DNA from: a virus
Taxonomy: Duplodnaviria; Caudoviricetes
Strand: one strand, 5' to 3'
IMG/VR virus record: IMGVR_UViG_3300009181_000072
Location: 1,916 to 65,915 of that record
Length of the DNA: 64,000 bases
Below the pieces are notes generated by a model. The model saw nothing but the letters and a program-made list of their open reading frames with translations. It was not told the DNA's origin and did no database searches. Shown piece by piece: positions 29,868 to 38,552 of this stretch. The position numbers were made by a program, and so were the translations under genes. The stretch's first letter is position 1. Each line of letters begins with the position of its first letter.

Positions 29868-30434
29868 TCAATCTAGCATGCATGCTACCAAATGAACTCT
29901 TGGTTCTAATCCAGCATTAAATGCAGTATGGTATAAGGTTGTGTTAGCGATATAGACAGATCCGTCTGCAGGTAAATGGGTAGCTTCATTTTCAATTACT
30001 AAATGTGCACCAGGATTAGTAATGATAGGTATGTGTAGACGCCGTTCGCTGTCAGTATGCCAACTGAGACACGATTTTGGACGACTCATCATCAGTCGTA
30101 CTCTGCCTAATCTATAATTAGATCGCAAGGTTTCTATGATCTCAAAAAATATCGTATCTTTAAATTCTTGTACTGTAAATGAGAAATCAGATTCTTTTCG
30201 AACAATTTGGTGTTTTTTAAGATTTCCGTGGTTGTCAACTGCGTCGTTTCCCCACATATATTGTAAGCTACCTGTAGCATCATACCATGCTTCTTTAGCA
30301 TCGTTACCAAGGCTATGGGTTAAACCTATCTGTCGATGATCTGGGTGCCAGTGACATATCTGTAAGATTTGATCCATATCTGATAGCATTCTCGGTAGAT
30401 CAAATCTGGTATCTAATTTCTCAACATGTATCAT
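29868..30434 (-). CDS. Asp/Asn beta-hydroxylase-like 2OG-Fe(II) dioxygenase (#3)
   Basis: RVRLMMSRPKSCLSWHTD, RLHIPIITN, HLPADG, YHTAFNAGLEPRVHLV. Confidence 0.85.
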   Translation of the reverse strand: MIHVEKLDTRFDLPRMLSDMDQILQICHWHPDHRQIGLTHSLGNDAKEAWYDATGSLQYMWGNDAVDNHGNLKKHQIVRKESDFSFTVQEFKDTIFFEIIETLRSNYRLGRVRLMMSRPKSCLSWHTDSERRLHIPIITNPGAHLVIENEATHLPADGSVYIANTTLYHTAFNAGLEPRVHLVACMLD

Positions 30435-30522
30435 GCTTGTTGGTTCCCATATGACATATTATATAGCCTGCCTGTCGTCGATACTAGTCTGTACATACCT
30501 TAAATTTATCAGACCGCTCTTG

Positions 30523-30530
30523 TATAAATA
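30523..30530 (+). promoter_or_regulatory. Canonical T4 late promoter TATAAATA for tail tube
   Basis: Exact TATAAATA, followed by AAGGAG RBS and ATG 30557. Confidence 0.8.
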
Positions 30531-30556
30531 CTTCAGCAAGACAAGGAGACTAACAC

Positions 30557-31150
30557 ATGGCGTTCCAGCCCACACTCAGCAAATTTGGTGTACCGGTTGT
30601 GCCTGGTATCAGTGGTACTGGCATACTCATGCCTAAACTGAAGTATCGCTTCAGGGTCAGCATGCAAAGCTTTGGTCCAAGCGGGGCGGCGATTGAGCTG
30701 ACACGTCAGGTAGCCACTGCAGGCCGTCCTAGCATACAGCACAACAGCACACCGATACATAGCTATAATAACGTGATGTATCTGCCACAGAAACCAGAAT
30801 GGCAGACCATCGAACTGACAGTGCGCGACGATGTTAATAGCAGCGTCAGCACGCTGGTAGCATATCAGCTGCAGAAGCAGATGAACCACTTTGATCAAAC
30901 CAGTTTCCTCGCTGGTATCAACTACAAGTTTACCACACAGATTGAAACACTTGATGGATCAAACGACGGGGTGCTTGAAAATTGGTATCTTGAAGGCTGC
31001 TACCTCGAAACAGTTGCATATGACCAGTTTGATTACAGCAACAGCGAATCAATGATGATCACGCTTACCATACGTTACGATAACGCAACGCAGGATCAGG
31101 ACATCATGACACCGGCACCGCTACCGACTGGCCGCGGAATAATGGTTTAA
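30557..31150 (+). CDS. Tail tube protein (gp19-like)
   Basis: MPKLKYRFRV, KPEWQTIELTVRDD, IETLDG, ENWYLEGC, LTIRYDNA; 197 aa; late promoter. Confidence 0.85.
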   Translation: MAFQPTLSKFGVPVVPGISGTGILMPKLKYRFRVSMQSFGPSGAAIELTRQVATAGRPSIQHNSTPIHSYNNVMYLPQKPEWQTIELTVRDDVNSSVSTLVAYQLQKQMNHFDQTSFLAGINYKFTTQIETLDGSNDGVLENWYLEGCYLETVAYDQFDYSNSESMMITLTIRYDNATQDQDIMTPAPLPTGRGIMV

Positions 31151-31178
31151 TACATATAGCTTGAGACACTGCAATAAC

Positions 31179-31210
31179 AAAAAGCCGCTAGCTAAAACTA
31201 GCGGCTTTTT
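31179..31210. terminator. Bidirectional intrinsic terminator
   Basis: AAAAAGCCGCTAG-ctaaaa-CTAGCGGCTTTTT. Confidence 0.85.
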
Positions 31211-31228
31211 ACTTGGCTAAATATCTGT

Positions 31229-32890
31229 ATGGCTACTACCCTTTTACGACCAAAATCTTATGCATCTTGGTACTTTGGCGCACAAAGTCCCGGGCAACTC
31301 ATGTACGCGATACCTCGCTACAAGTACATGTTCTATGCCACCTTCAATGTCAATGCACAAGCACTTAGCATGTTCCCTGATCAGATGTCGATAGGAACTG
31401 TAAACGGTATTAGTTTCAAGATAAAGACGGTTGACAAACCAAATGTGGAACTGAGCCAGAAAGAGTTAAACCAATATAATCGTAAGCGATATGCATACAC
31501 AAAGACCGAGTATCGACCAGTTAACATCTCATTGTACGACACAGTTGATAACAAGCCTTTCAATCTGTGGATAGAATATTTTGTGTATTATTTTGGTGAT
31601 GCTAGGTTAAAGACTTCTATGACCATGGGGTCTAACCCCACCGACCCCACTTTTGATGATAGCACAGGATGGGGACTACGCCCGCTTGCAGAACAGGTAA
31701 ACTTCTTCACTAGCTTAGATGTGTATGCACTGTTTGGTAAACAATACACCTTAACCCAATACCTAAATCCAAAAATAGCTAGCATTGATTGGGGAAACTA
31801 TGATACTGCTGATTCGGGCCTTGAAGATCTGAAGCTGAGTCTCACATATGAAACTCTGCAATACGACTCTGGTACACTCACTCCTGGGATGGCTAACCAA
31901 TTTGGGTTTGACGTTGGTCTTCCTACACTAGAACCAAACGGTGTTCAAACACCTATAGTGAAGAGCGACCCAGATAGTCCTATAAGTTTTAAGAAGAGAA
32001 ACTTAGATACAACATCTGACATTACTAGTCCTAGTGGCAGTATTATTTCAAATTTTGGTATGTCTGGTACAAGCTATAACACGTTAGTGTCTGGTGTCAG
32101 AAATGCACCAAATCAAACAACCATGCAACCGACTGCAAACTTCCAGTATGCTAGCGGTGTTAGTGACACTAACACAGTATATCCGCCCGGCGGGCTTGCA
32201 AATGAGCCTAGCGACTTACCACCCGGTGAAAATTTCGGTATTGCCGGGGTACCAAACGGGCAGCTGCCTGGTGCTAACCAATGGATAGCTGTAGATAGCG
32301 CCGACACATTTACACCTATTAGTAGTTCTGGTGTGTACAACTTGCTTGGATCGTTTGGCAACTTTAATTTTGGTAGCATAGGTATACGTGTATCAGTTGG
32401 TAGTAATTTTGTAGTAAGCACTGATCCGTTAACTGGGCTTACTAGTTATAGACCGGGTGCGCCAAATGATACTGGTCTGAACACTGCACTACCCATACGC
32501 AGACCTGGGCAACAACTACCACATGTTGAGATAGGCAACCCGACTCCGTTTAATACCTATTATGGTAATTATGGTCGTCAATATCGTACACAATATCAAC
32601 AGATTGCTGCGGCACGCAGGAGGATACAGTCCGGAGAAGTTTCCCTTACGATTGAAATTGGAAGTCCGGGTTATGACAATAACGGTATATACACCGGTTA
32701 CAATTCTGCAAACTATCAACCAGCCCCGGAACCACAGTTTGGACCAAATCTGGCTGAAAGAGCAGCACTGTCTAATAACACAGTCGGTACATTTGGATAC
32801 TTAAACGACCCGTTCATATACGGAGGCGATCCATCTGACAATGAACCGCCTCCGGTGGTTATACCCTATAGAAATTATTCGGTAGAGTGA
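31229..32890 (+). CDS. Tail-tube-fold baseplate/tube-initiator protein (gp48/gp54-like) with low-complexity C-terminal extension
   Basis: KTVDKP, LNQYNRKR, YRPVNISLYD, NPKIASIDWGNYD, LSLTYE; GCTAAATA late motif at 31216. Confidence 0.65.
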   Translation: MATTLLRPKSYASWYFGAQSPGQLMYAIPRYKYMFYATFNVNAQALSMFPDQMSIGTVNGISFKIKTVDKPNVELSQKELNQYNRKRYAYTKTEYRPVNISLYDTVDNKPFNLWIEYFVYYFGDARLKTSMTMGSNPTDPTFDDSTGWGLRPLAEQVNFFTSLDVYALFGKQYTLTQYLNPKIASIDWGNYDTADSGLEDLKLSLTYETLQYDSGTLTPGMANQFGFDVGLPTLEPNGVQTPIVKSDPDSPISFKKRNLDTTSDITSPSGSIISNFGMSGTSYNTLVSGVRNAPNQTTMQPTANFQYASGVSDTNTVYPPGGLANEPSDLPPGENFGIAGVPNGQLPGANQWIAVDSADTFTPISSSGVYNLLGSFGNFNFGSIGIRVSVGSNFVVSTDPLTGLTSYRPGAPNDTGLNTALPIRRPGQQLPHVEIGNPTPFNTYYGNYGRQYRTQYQQIAAARRRIQSGEVSLTIEIGSPGYDNNGIYTGYNSANYQPAPEPQFGPNLAERAALSNNTVGTFGYLNDPFIYGGDPSDNEPPPVVIPYRNYSVE

Positions 32891-32902
32891 TAGGAAGCGC
32901 AC

Positions 32903-33376
32903 ATGTCTGGTAGCAGAGATATCATCCAAAACAATATACGCAAACAGTTGGCCATACAAAGTGGACAAATCAAAGGTACCAATCAAGGTGGCAGTTGGCA
33001 GTTTGCTGATCAAAGTGGTGTGCCACTAGCAGGTACAAATGACTATACCAACTATGCACTATCGCAAGCACCTGCTCGATATGTAACCAGCATGAGTGCC
33101 AATACATATGACCTAGCCAAAGGTATGTTTGGCGGTCCTAATGTACCAGAACAGTTGATTGAAGTGCTAGCTAACATGGCTACTTATTATGCAAGCCAAA
33201 CTGGTCAGCCGGTGACTGACTTGTTCAAGAAAGGCATACTCATGAATGACTTCTTGGCTACCATAAACAGCATACGCTTGCCCACCAGTCAGCTGGGATA
33301 TGTCGGCATAAACCCTCAACCATTATGGGTTAAAAATCCCACTCTCGGGCCTACCATAGCTGCGGCGATCACCTAA
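32903..33376 (+). CDS. Hypothetical (probable virion) protein
   Basis: 157-aa ORF with AGGA RBS in the structural operon. Confidence 0.6.
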   Translation: MSGSRDIIQNNIRKQLAIQSGQIKGTNQGGSWQFADQSGVPLAGTNDYTNYALSQAPARYVTSMSANTYDLAKGMFGGPNVPEQLIEVLANMATYYASQTGQPVTDLFKKGILMNDFLATINSIRLPTSQLGYVGINPQPLWVKNPTLGPTIAAAIT

Positions 33377-33378
33377 AC

Positions 33379-33819
33379 ATGAGTAAGTATAGCCAAGGTC
33401 GATTCATACCTAAGAACCCAGCCAAGTTACTTGGAAAACAAGAAGTAACATTTCGCAGCAGCTGGGAACTCACAGTGATGAACTTCCTAGACACTCATCC
33501 CAGCGTGATACAGTGGGCTAGCGAAAGCATACGAATACCATATATCAATCCGCTGACCGGAAAGCCAAGCCAATACGTGCCAGATTTCATGGTGTTATAT
33601 CAAGACAAGAATGGTAAGCGTCGAGCAGAAGTAGTAGAAGTTAAGCCTGCTAAAGAAGCAATGGTCGAGAATGCAAAGAGCAAGCGCGACAAAGTAAGCC
33701 TCATATTAAACACAGCTAAGTGGGCAGCAGCTATGAGTTTCTGCAAGAAGAATGGCATGACTTTCAGGATCCTCACTGAAAGTGACATATATATCACAAA
33801 GCCCAAGAGGAAACGCTGA
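33379..33819 (+). CDS. Head completion nuclease (T4 gp4-like, TnsA N-terminal fold)
   Basis: QGRFIPKNPAK, FRSSWE, WASE..RIPY, YVPDF, VEVKP, NTAKWAAA, FRILTE. Confidence 0.9.
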   Translation: MSKYSQGRFIPKNPAKLLGKQEVTFRSSWELTVMNFLDTHPSVIQWASESIRIPYINPLTGKPSQYVPDFMVLYQDKNGKRRAEVVEVKPAKEAMVENAKSKRDKVSLILNTAKWAAAMSFCKKNGMTFRILTESDIYITKPKRKR

Positions 33820-34316
33820 TGGCCAATAGGTTCAAGACGCTAGAAGACACGTTTGATATGGAATCTGCTGAAGAAGATACAGACAGCACCAACGATGTTG
33901 CAGAAGTTGACGTGCCAAGTGACGAAGATATACATGCTGCACTGGCACTGGCAAACGACATTGATAAGCAGCTTAGTGCTGCACGTGGCAAAGACGAGCA
34001 TGATAGAGAAATGGACGAGCTTGCTGATCTAGCTATCAAGGCACACATGGATCTACAGGACCTTGGCATGAACGTGGAAATACGCCATGCAGGTGAGATT
34101 TTCAGCAGCAGCAGCCAGATGCTAAAGATAGCAGTTGATGCTAAGAACAACAAGATAGACAAGAAGCTCAAGATGCTAAAGCTACAGTTAGACAAGCTAA
34201 AGCTAGACAGAGCAACTAAAAAGACTGATGATGATCCTCTTGATGTCAAAGCCACTCTGATGGATCGCAATGAGCTGTTGAAACAGCTCGACGAAATCAA
34301 CAGAGACGCTAAATAA
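33819..34316 (+). CDS. Coiled-coil protein, possibly terminase small subunit
   Basis: Acidic N-term, helical core, C-term DRNELLK; located upstream of the large terminase; assignment inferred. Confidence 0.45.
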   Translation: MANRFKTLEDTFDMESAEEDTDSTNDVAEVDVPSDEDIHAALALANDIDKQLSAARGKDEHDREMDELADLAIKAHMDLQDLGMNVEIRHAGEIFSSSSQMLKIAVDAKNNKIDKKLKMLKLQLDKLKLDRATKKTDDDPLDVKATLMDRNELLKQLDEINRDAK

Positions 34317-34341
34317 CTGCCACATTGGAGCATCTTTTGCC

Positions 34342-35160
34342 ATGAAGTCATTTAAAGAGTATATCGCTGAAAGCACCCAAGAATATGGGTTCGTGATCAA
34401 GCTAGCGGCAGAGCCGTCCGACGATCAGCTAAACGCGGTAGAAAACTACCTGCATCAATTTGGGTTGATTGAAATGACAAACCCAGTACTGCTAGCAGGC
34501 GACACGCTAGACTTCTCAGATCAGCCAAATCAAAAGGTTTGGCAGATCAATTTCATCACAACCATGCCGCTCAGCAGCTATGTGACCATGGAAGGGCTTC
34601 GTGAGGTACTAAATGTACCAGAGAAGAACATAGTGGTTCGTACTGCTACAGAGCCAGTTGAACTGAGTGCTGATAGACAGATGATAGAACTTGGCTTCCG
34701 TGCCGATGCTGCCAAAAAAGATCTGCATCCTGCAGCACGTCTCAGCACTGACAGGCTCTACCAAGACATTGAACAACCTATAACCACTGACATCTACGGG
34801 GACGCTTATAACAAGCGATTCCTTGATTATCTCGCTGGTACTAAAGCTACTAGACCAACTGATGAATACGATGCACCCGCGCCGCTGTTTAGCTGGATAG
34901 AGATGAACAAGGTCAAACCCAGCGAACCAGTGCAGGACATGGCTGACTTTAATGCTAGGTACGACACACCCAAGCCAGTAACACGCACTCTTAAGAACAT
35001 GCCAGCTGACCCAACGCCTCGTAGCGGTCTGGGAGCCAACGGCAATTTTGATGACGGTGCCAAGCATCTGTACAAGTTTTATCAAGACGATAAAGGCAAT
35101 CGCGTAAACATGGGCGCTCCGCGTGCTCCAAACAAACCAGCATTCGTAAGGAAGGGTTAA
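34342..35160 (+). CDS. Probable head/internal virion protein
   Basis: N-term MKSFKEYIAE resembles the T4 capsid-targeting sequence; GCTAAATA late motif at 34308. Confidence 0.6.
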   Translation: MKSFKEYIAESTQEYGFVIKLAAEPSDDQLNAVENYLHQFGLIEMTNPVLLAGDTLDFSDQPNQKVWQINFITTMPLSSYVTMEGLREVLNVPEKNIVVRTATEPVELSADRQMIELGFRADAAKKDLHPAARLSTDRLYQDIEQPITTDIYGDAYNKRFLDYLAGTKATRPTDEYDAPAPLFSWIEMNKVKPSEPVQDMADFNARYDTPKPVTRTLKNMPADPTPRSGLGANGNFDDGAKHLYKFYQDDKGNRVNMGAPRAPNKPAFVRKG

Positions 35161-35163
35161 ATC

Positions 35164-36885
35164 ATGGATTTCCATAGCATATTAGGCAAACTTAGGGCTA
35201 TTGAGTCCTTGGGCACACAGGGTATAGACGACAGGCTGCACGAAGCAGAAGGTTGCACGATGACTGCAGAAGGCGAAGCGTGCCCTGTGCATGGCATGGA
35301 AGAATGCGACGGCTATCAAGGCACCATACAGATGGAAGATAGTCGCGGCGAGATGATGGATAGTGATACTAGCCGTGACGATCATGCTGAACGTGCAGGT
35401 CGTAAAGTTGCACGCGATATTGAGTATGACGAACGCAAAAAGGACGGTATACACGGTGCCAAGCGCGGTGCAGAAGACAACAAAGCTGAGCGTGCTGGTC
35501 GTCGTGTTACCAAGGACATTGAGTATGATGAAAAGGTAAACGAAGCTGCAAGTACATCATCCGATGCAAAAGCACTGGCACGCGAAATAACAGATTCTAT
35601 TATTAAAGATTACGCACGTCAGGGCTTTAGGTGGGACTTTGAAGATGACATGGAGTTCGGCGGATTTTTAGCTGATCAGTATCATACGACAGGCAACGAC
35701 GACGACGAAAATTCGTATGAAGACAGGTACAACCAATTGTCAAATGAAGATCGTAGACGAGTAATGGGTGCTGTTAAGCGCGGAGTTGATAAGGTATTCC
35801 GCGGGAAAAGTGATTATGATGACACCGGTATTACAGGTCATGGACGCATACGCGAAGCTGCAAGTACATCATCCGATGCAAAAGCACTGGCACGCGATAT
35901 CGTATCTGCTGTTAGAGACATGTACGAAGATCAGGGGGTTGTCGGGTCGGGTGATCAACACGATTTTAAAACCGTAGAAGAATTTAAAGATTTCTTAGAA
36001 ATGAACGAGCTGGAAAAGTTTGCCCGTCAATTAGAAAAGTTATCTGATGCAGATAAGAATCGCGTATTCCGTGCTGCTATAAAACGAATCAACAAGATAC
36101 TTGCTAGTGGCATGGAAGAAGATGCTCCACTTGGTCCACCACCGTTTGCTGGCCCAGGTGCAACTAACAATGGCCCAGACACTGCTGGGTATGTGTATGC
36201 ATACAGCGAAAGCCAAAAGCAGCTGCGCGAAAGCATGAACATCGTGATGAATCAAAACATAGATGATCAAGGTAATCACAAGAGCATCTCAGTAACAGCC
36301 ACTGATGAAGATTTTGACAAGCTTGAGCGCTTGCTAACCATGGCAGGTATTGGTCGTGGCGAGTCACCCGCAGAAATAGTGGTAGCGGCTCCGCGAGCTG
36401 GTATGCCCTATGGTGTAGCAGCAGGTGCAACTTGCCCTGATTGCGGCGGTTCGGACGGAGAATGCTCGTGCGATAACAGCTGCTCTAGCTGTGGCGGTTC
36501 GGATGGACAATGTACCTGCGACGAAGTTGCTATGGAAAATGCTGATCATGACTTTGGACATGACGAGCACGCAGAAGCTGGTGAACCACTCGACGTGAAA
36601 GATTACGAATGGAATGGTCCGCATATCAACCAGCGTTTTGGTAAGATCGGCGACAACACGCTGATGGCAGAACGTGCCAACAGCTTGTTTGCAGCACTTA
36701 ATGAGCAGTACACAGATTACTTGATGGAAGCCGAACTTGAGACAAGCAATGCTGGATCTGAGAGCCCACTAACTGCCAACGCTCGCGATGCATTTGATAA
36801 GGATCCATTTGCAGACGAGAAGCCTGTAACCGACGGTAGTCGCAGTCCTCTTAGCCATATTGGCCGTCAAGACGTCATGAATTAA
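35164..36885 (+). CDS. Acidic, repeat-containing probable head-core/internal protein
   Basis: 573 aa, internal repeats, many [ILM]xE sites, Cys-rich segments. Confidence 0.6.
   Translation: MDFHSILGKLRAIESLGTQGIDDRLHEAEGCTMTAEGEACPVHGMEECDGYQGTIQMEDSRGEMMDSDTSRDDHAERAGRKVARDIEYDERKKDGIHGAKRGAEDNKAERAGRRVTKDIEYDEKVNEAASTSSDAKALAREITDSIIKDYARQGFRWDFEDDMEFGGFLADQYHTTGNDDDENSYEDRYNQLSNEDRRRVMGAVKRGVDKVFRGKSDYDDTGITGHGRIREAASTSSDAKALARDIVSAVRDMYEDQGVVGSGDQHDFKTVEEFKDFLEMNELEKFARQLEKLSDADKNRVFRAAIKRINKILASGMEEDAPLGPPPFAGPGATNNGPDTAGYVYAYSESQKQLRESMNIVMNQNIDDQGNHKSISVTATDEDFDKLERLLTMAGIGRGESPAEIVVAAPRAGMPYGVAAGATCPDCGGSDGECSCDNSCSSCGGSDGQCTCDEVAMENADHDFGHDEHAEAGEPLDVKDYEWNGPHINQRFGKIGDNTLMAERANSLFAALNEQYTDYLMEAELETSNAGSESPLTANARDAFDKDPFADEKPVTDGSRSPLSHIGRQDVMN
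35541..35897 (+). repeat. Exact 45-bp direct repeat (35541-35585 and 35853-35897)
   Basis: CGAAGCTGCAAGTACATCATCCGATGCAAAAGCACTGGCACGCGA occurs twice, encoding EAASTSSDAKALAR. Confidence 0.9.
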
Positions 36886-36911
36886 TAGTTTTGGTAAGTT
36901 TAACCATAAGT

Positions 36912-36934
36912 AACAGCGGCATAATGCCGCTGTT
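36912..36934 (+). terminator. Hairpin, possible terminator before terminase
   Basis: AACAGCGGC-ataat-GCCGCTGTT followed by CTCTT. Confidence 0.5.
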
Positions 36935-36948
36935 CTCTTGAGTGACAC

Positions 36949-38535
36949 ATGGCAAAAAACGACATAGACTTCCAGCTTGTAAAGCAGGCCAATAAAAAGA
37001 CCACTTACACACCTGCACAGATCCGTGAGATTGCACGCTGCGCCAAGGATCCCTTGTACTTCATGGAAAATTACATGAAGATACAACACCCTGTTAGGGG
37101 TCGAATGCCGTTTGAAGCATACGATTATCAGAAGAAACTCATCAACTGTTATTGGAACAACACTTCAGTGATAGCACTGTTGCCAAGGCAAAGCGGCAAG
37201 ACCACAACCGCTGCCGGATACCTCTTATGGTATGCCATGTTTAACAATGACGTAACAGTTCTCATCGCTGCTAACAAGTTCCGTGCAGCCAATGAGATCA
37301 TGGATCGCGTGAAGTTTGCATACGAAGAACTTCCCGATTGGTTGCGTGCAGGTGTTGCAACATACAACGTGCAAGATATCAAGTTTGACAACGGCTCGCG
37401 CATCAAGGCAACAACTACTACACCAGACAGCGGACGCGGTATGTCAATTTCTCTGCTGTACCTAGACGAGTTTGCATTCGTGAAACCTCGTATCGCAGAA
37501 GAGTTTTGGACTGCTATGAGCCCAACGCTGGCAACTGGCGGTAAGTGCATCATTACAAGCACCCCCAACAGCGACGAAGACAAGTTTGCCGAAATATGGT
37601 TTGGTGCTAACAAGACTGTAGATGATTATGGCAACGACACTGCAGATGGACTTGGTGTAAATGGTTTTGCAGCATTTACTGCACACTACAGCGAAGTACC
37701 AGGACGCGACGAAGTGTGGGCTGACAAGGAACGTGCTAAGATAAGCGTTGATCGTTTCCGCAGAGAATATGGCTGCGAGTTTGTTACTGCTGACGAAACG
37801 CTGATCAATGCCAGCACGCTGCTGCAGTTACAGGGTGTAGAACCCATATTCAAGACTGGGCAGACTCGCTGGTACGAGCACATCAAACCCAACAAGACCT
37901 ATCTGGTTGCGCTGGATCCTAGCGCAGGTGTGGGCAAAGATTTCAGTTGCATACAAGTTTTCAGCTTGCCAGACATGGCACAGATAGCAGAATGGACACA
38001 TAATCGCACTAGCATACCACAGCAGGTCAAGACACTGCAAAGCACTATCAACTTCATACACAGCGAGATGCGCAAGTTCGCTGACCAGCGCGGAGATCCA
38101 GAGATATACTTCACGCTAGAAAACAACAGCTGGGGCGAAGCAGCTATTGTGACCATAGATGAGATGGGCGAAGATACGTTTAATGCCATCTGGTTGCACG
38201 AACCAAAGATCAGAGGCGTGTCCAGGTTACGGCGAGGGCTCAATACTAATGTGCGCAGCAAGGCAATGGCATGTACAAAGCTTAAAAGCCTGGTAGAAAG
38301 CAATAAATTAGTGTTGCGTAGCAAGACGTTAGTTAGACAACTCAAGTTCTTCGTAGCCAAGGGTAACAGTTTTGAAGGTAAGGTTGGCGAAAATGATGAC
38401 GCTGTCATGTCTACTATATTGTGCGTGCGCATGATGCAGATGGTAACCAGATGGGACGAGGCGATTGGTAATCTAATGAAAGACGACTTCTCAGATGAAT
38501 CAAGCGAACCCATGCCGATCAGTATTGGCTATTAA
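36949..38535 (+). CDS. terL: Terminase large subunit (T4 gp17-like)
   Basis: PRQSGKTT Walker A, LLYLDEFAF Walker B, IITSTPN, FRREYGCEF, ALDPSAGVGKD, LENN, NDDAVM. Confidence 0.96.
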   Translation: MAKNDIDFQLVKQANKKTTYTPAQIREIARCAKDPLYFMENYMKIQHPVRGRMPFEAYDYQKKLINCYWNNTSVIALLPRQSGKTTTAAGYLLWYAMFNNDVTVLIAANKFRAANEIMDRVKFAYEELPDWLRAGVATYNVQDIKFDNGSRIKATTTTPDSGRGMSISLLYLDEFAFVKPRIAEEFWTAMSPTLATGGKCIITSTPNSDEDKFAEIWFGANKTVDDYGNDTADGLGVNGFAAFTAHYSEVPGRDEVWADKERAKISVDRFRREYGCEFVTADETLINASTLLQLQGVEPIFKTGQTRWYEHIKPNKTYLVALDPSAGVGKDFSCIQVFSLPDMAQIAEWTHNRTSIPQQVKTLQSTINFIHSEMRKFADQRGDPEIYFTLENNSWGEAAIVTIDEMGEDTFNAIWLHEPKIRGVSRLRRGLNTNVRSKAMACTKLKSLVESNKLVLRSKTLVRQLKFFVAKGNSFEGKVGENDDAVMSTILCVRMMQMVTRWDEAIGNLMKDDFSDESSEPMPISIGY

Positions 38536-38552
38536 AAGGTAAATATGACATC

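Noticed and set aside
6780-30434. Mobile element or host contamination as the explanation of the cluster
   Set aside because: No integrase, transposase or terminal direct repeats were seen; the block is flanked by intact phage genes, is tightly packed and contains TAAATA motifs. Read-level confirmation is still advisable.
6674-30557. A RiPP precursor peptide for the radical SAM cluster
   Set aside because: Intergenic gaps are short and I found no small ORF with a leader/core or repeated-core pattern; the 75-aa (21789) and 111-aa (23478) ORFs look like ordinary small proteins. No peptidase, transporter or clear PqqD/RRE domain was seen. A precursor elsewhere in the genome is not excluded.
33379-33819. 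Tn7 TnsA transposase or homing endonuclease
   Set aside because: Motifs and context match the T4 gp4 head-completion nuclease; no other transposon genes or ends.
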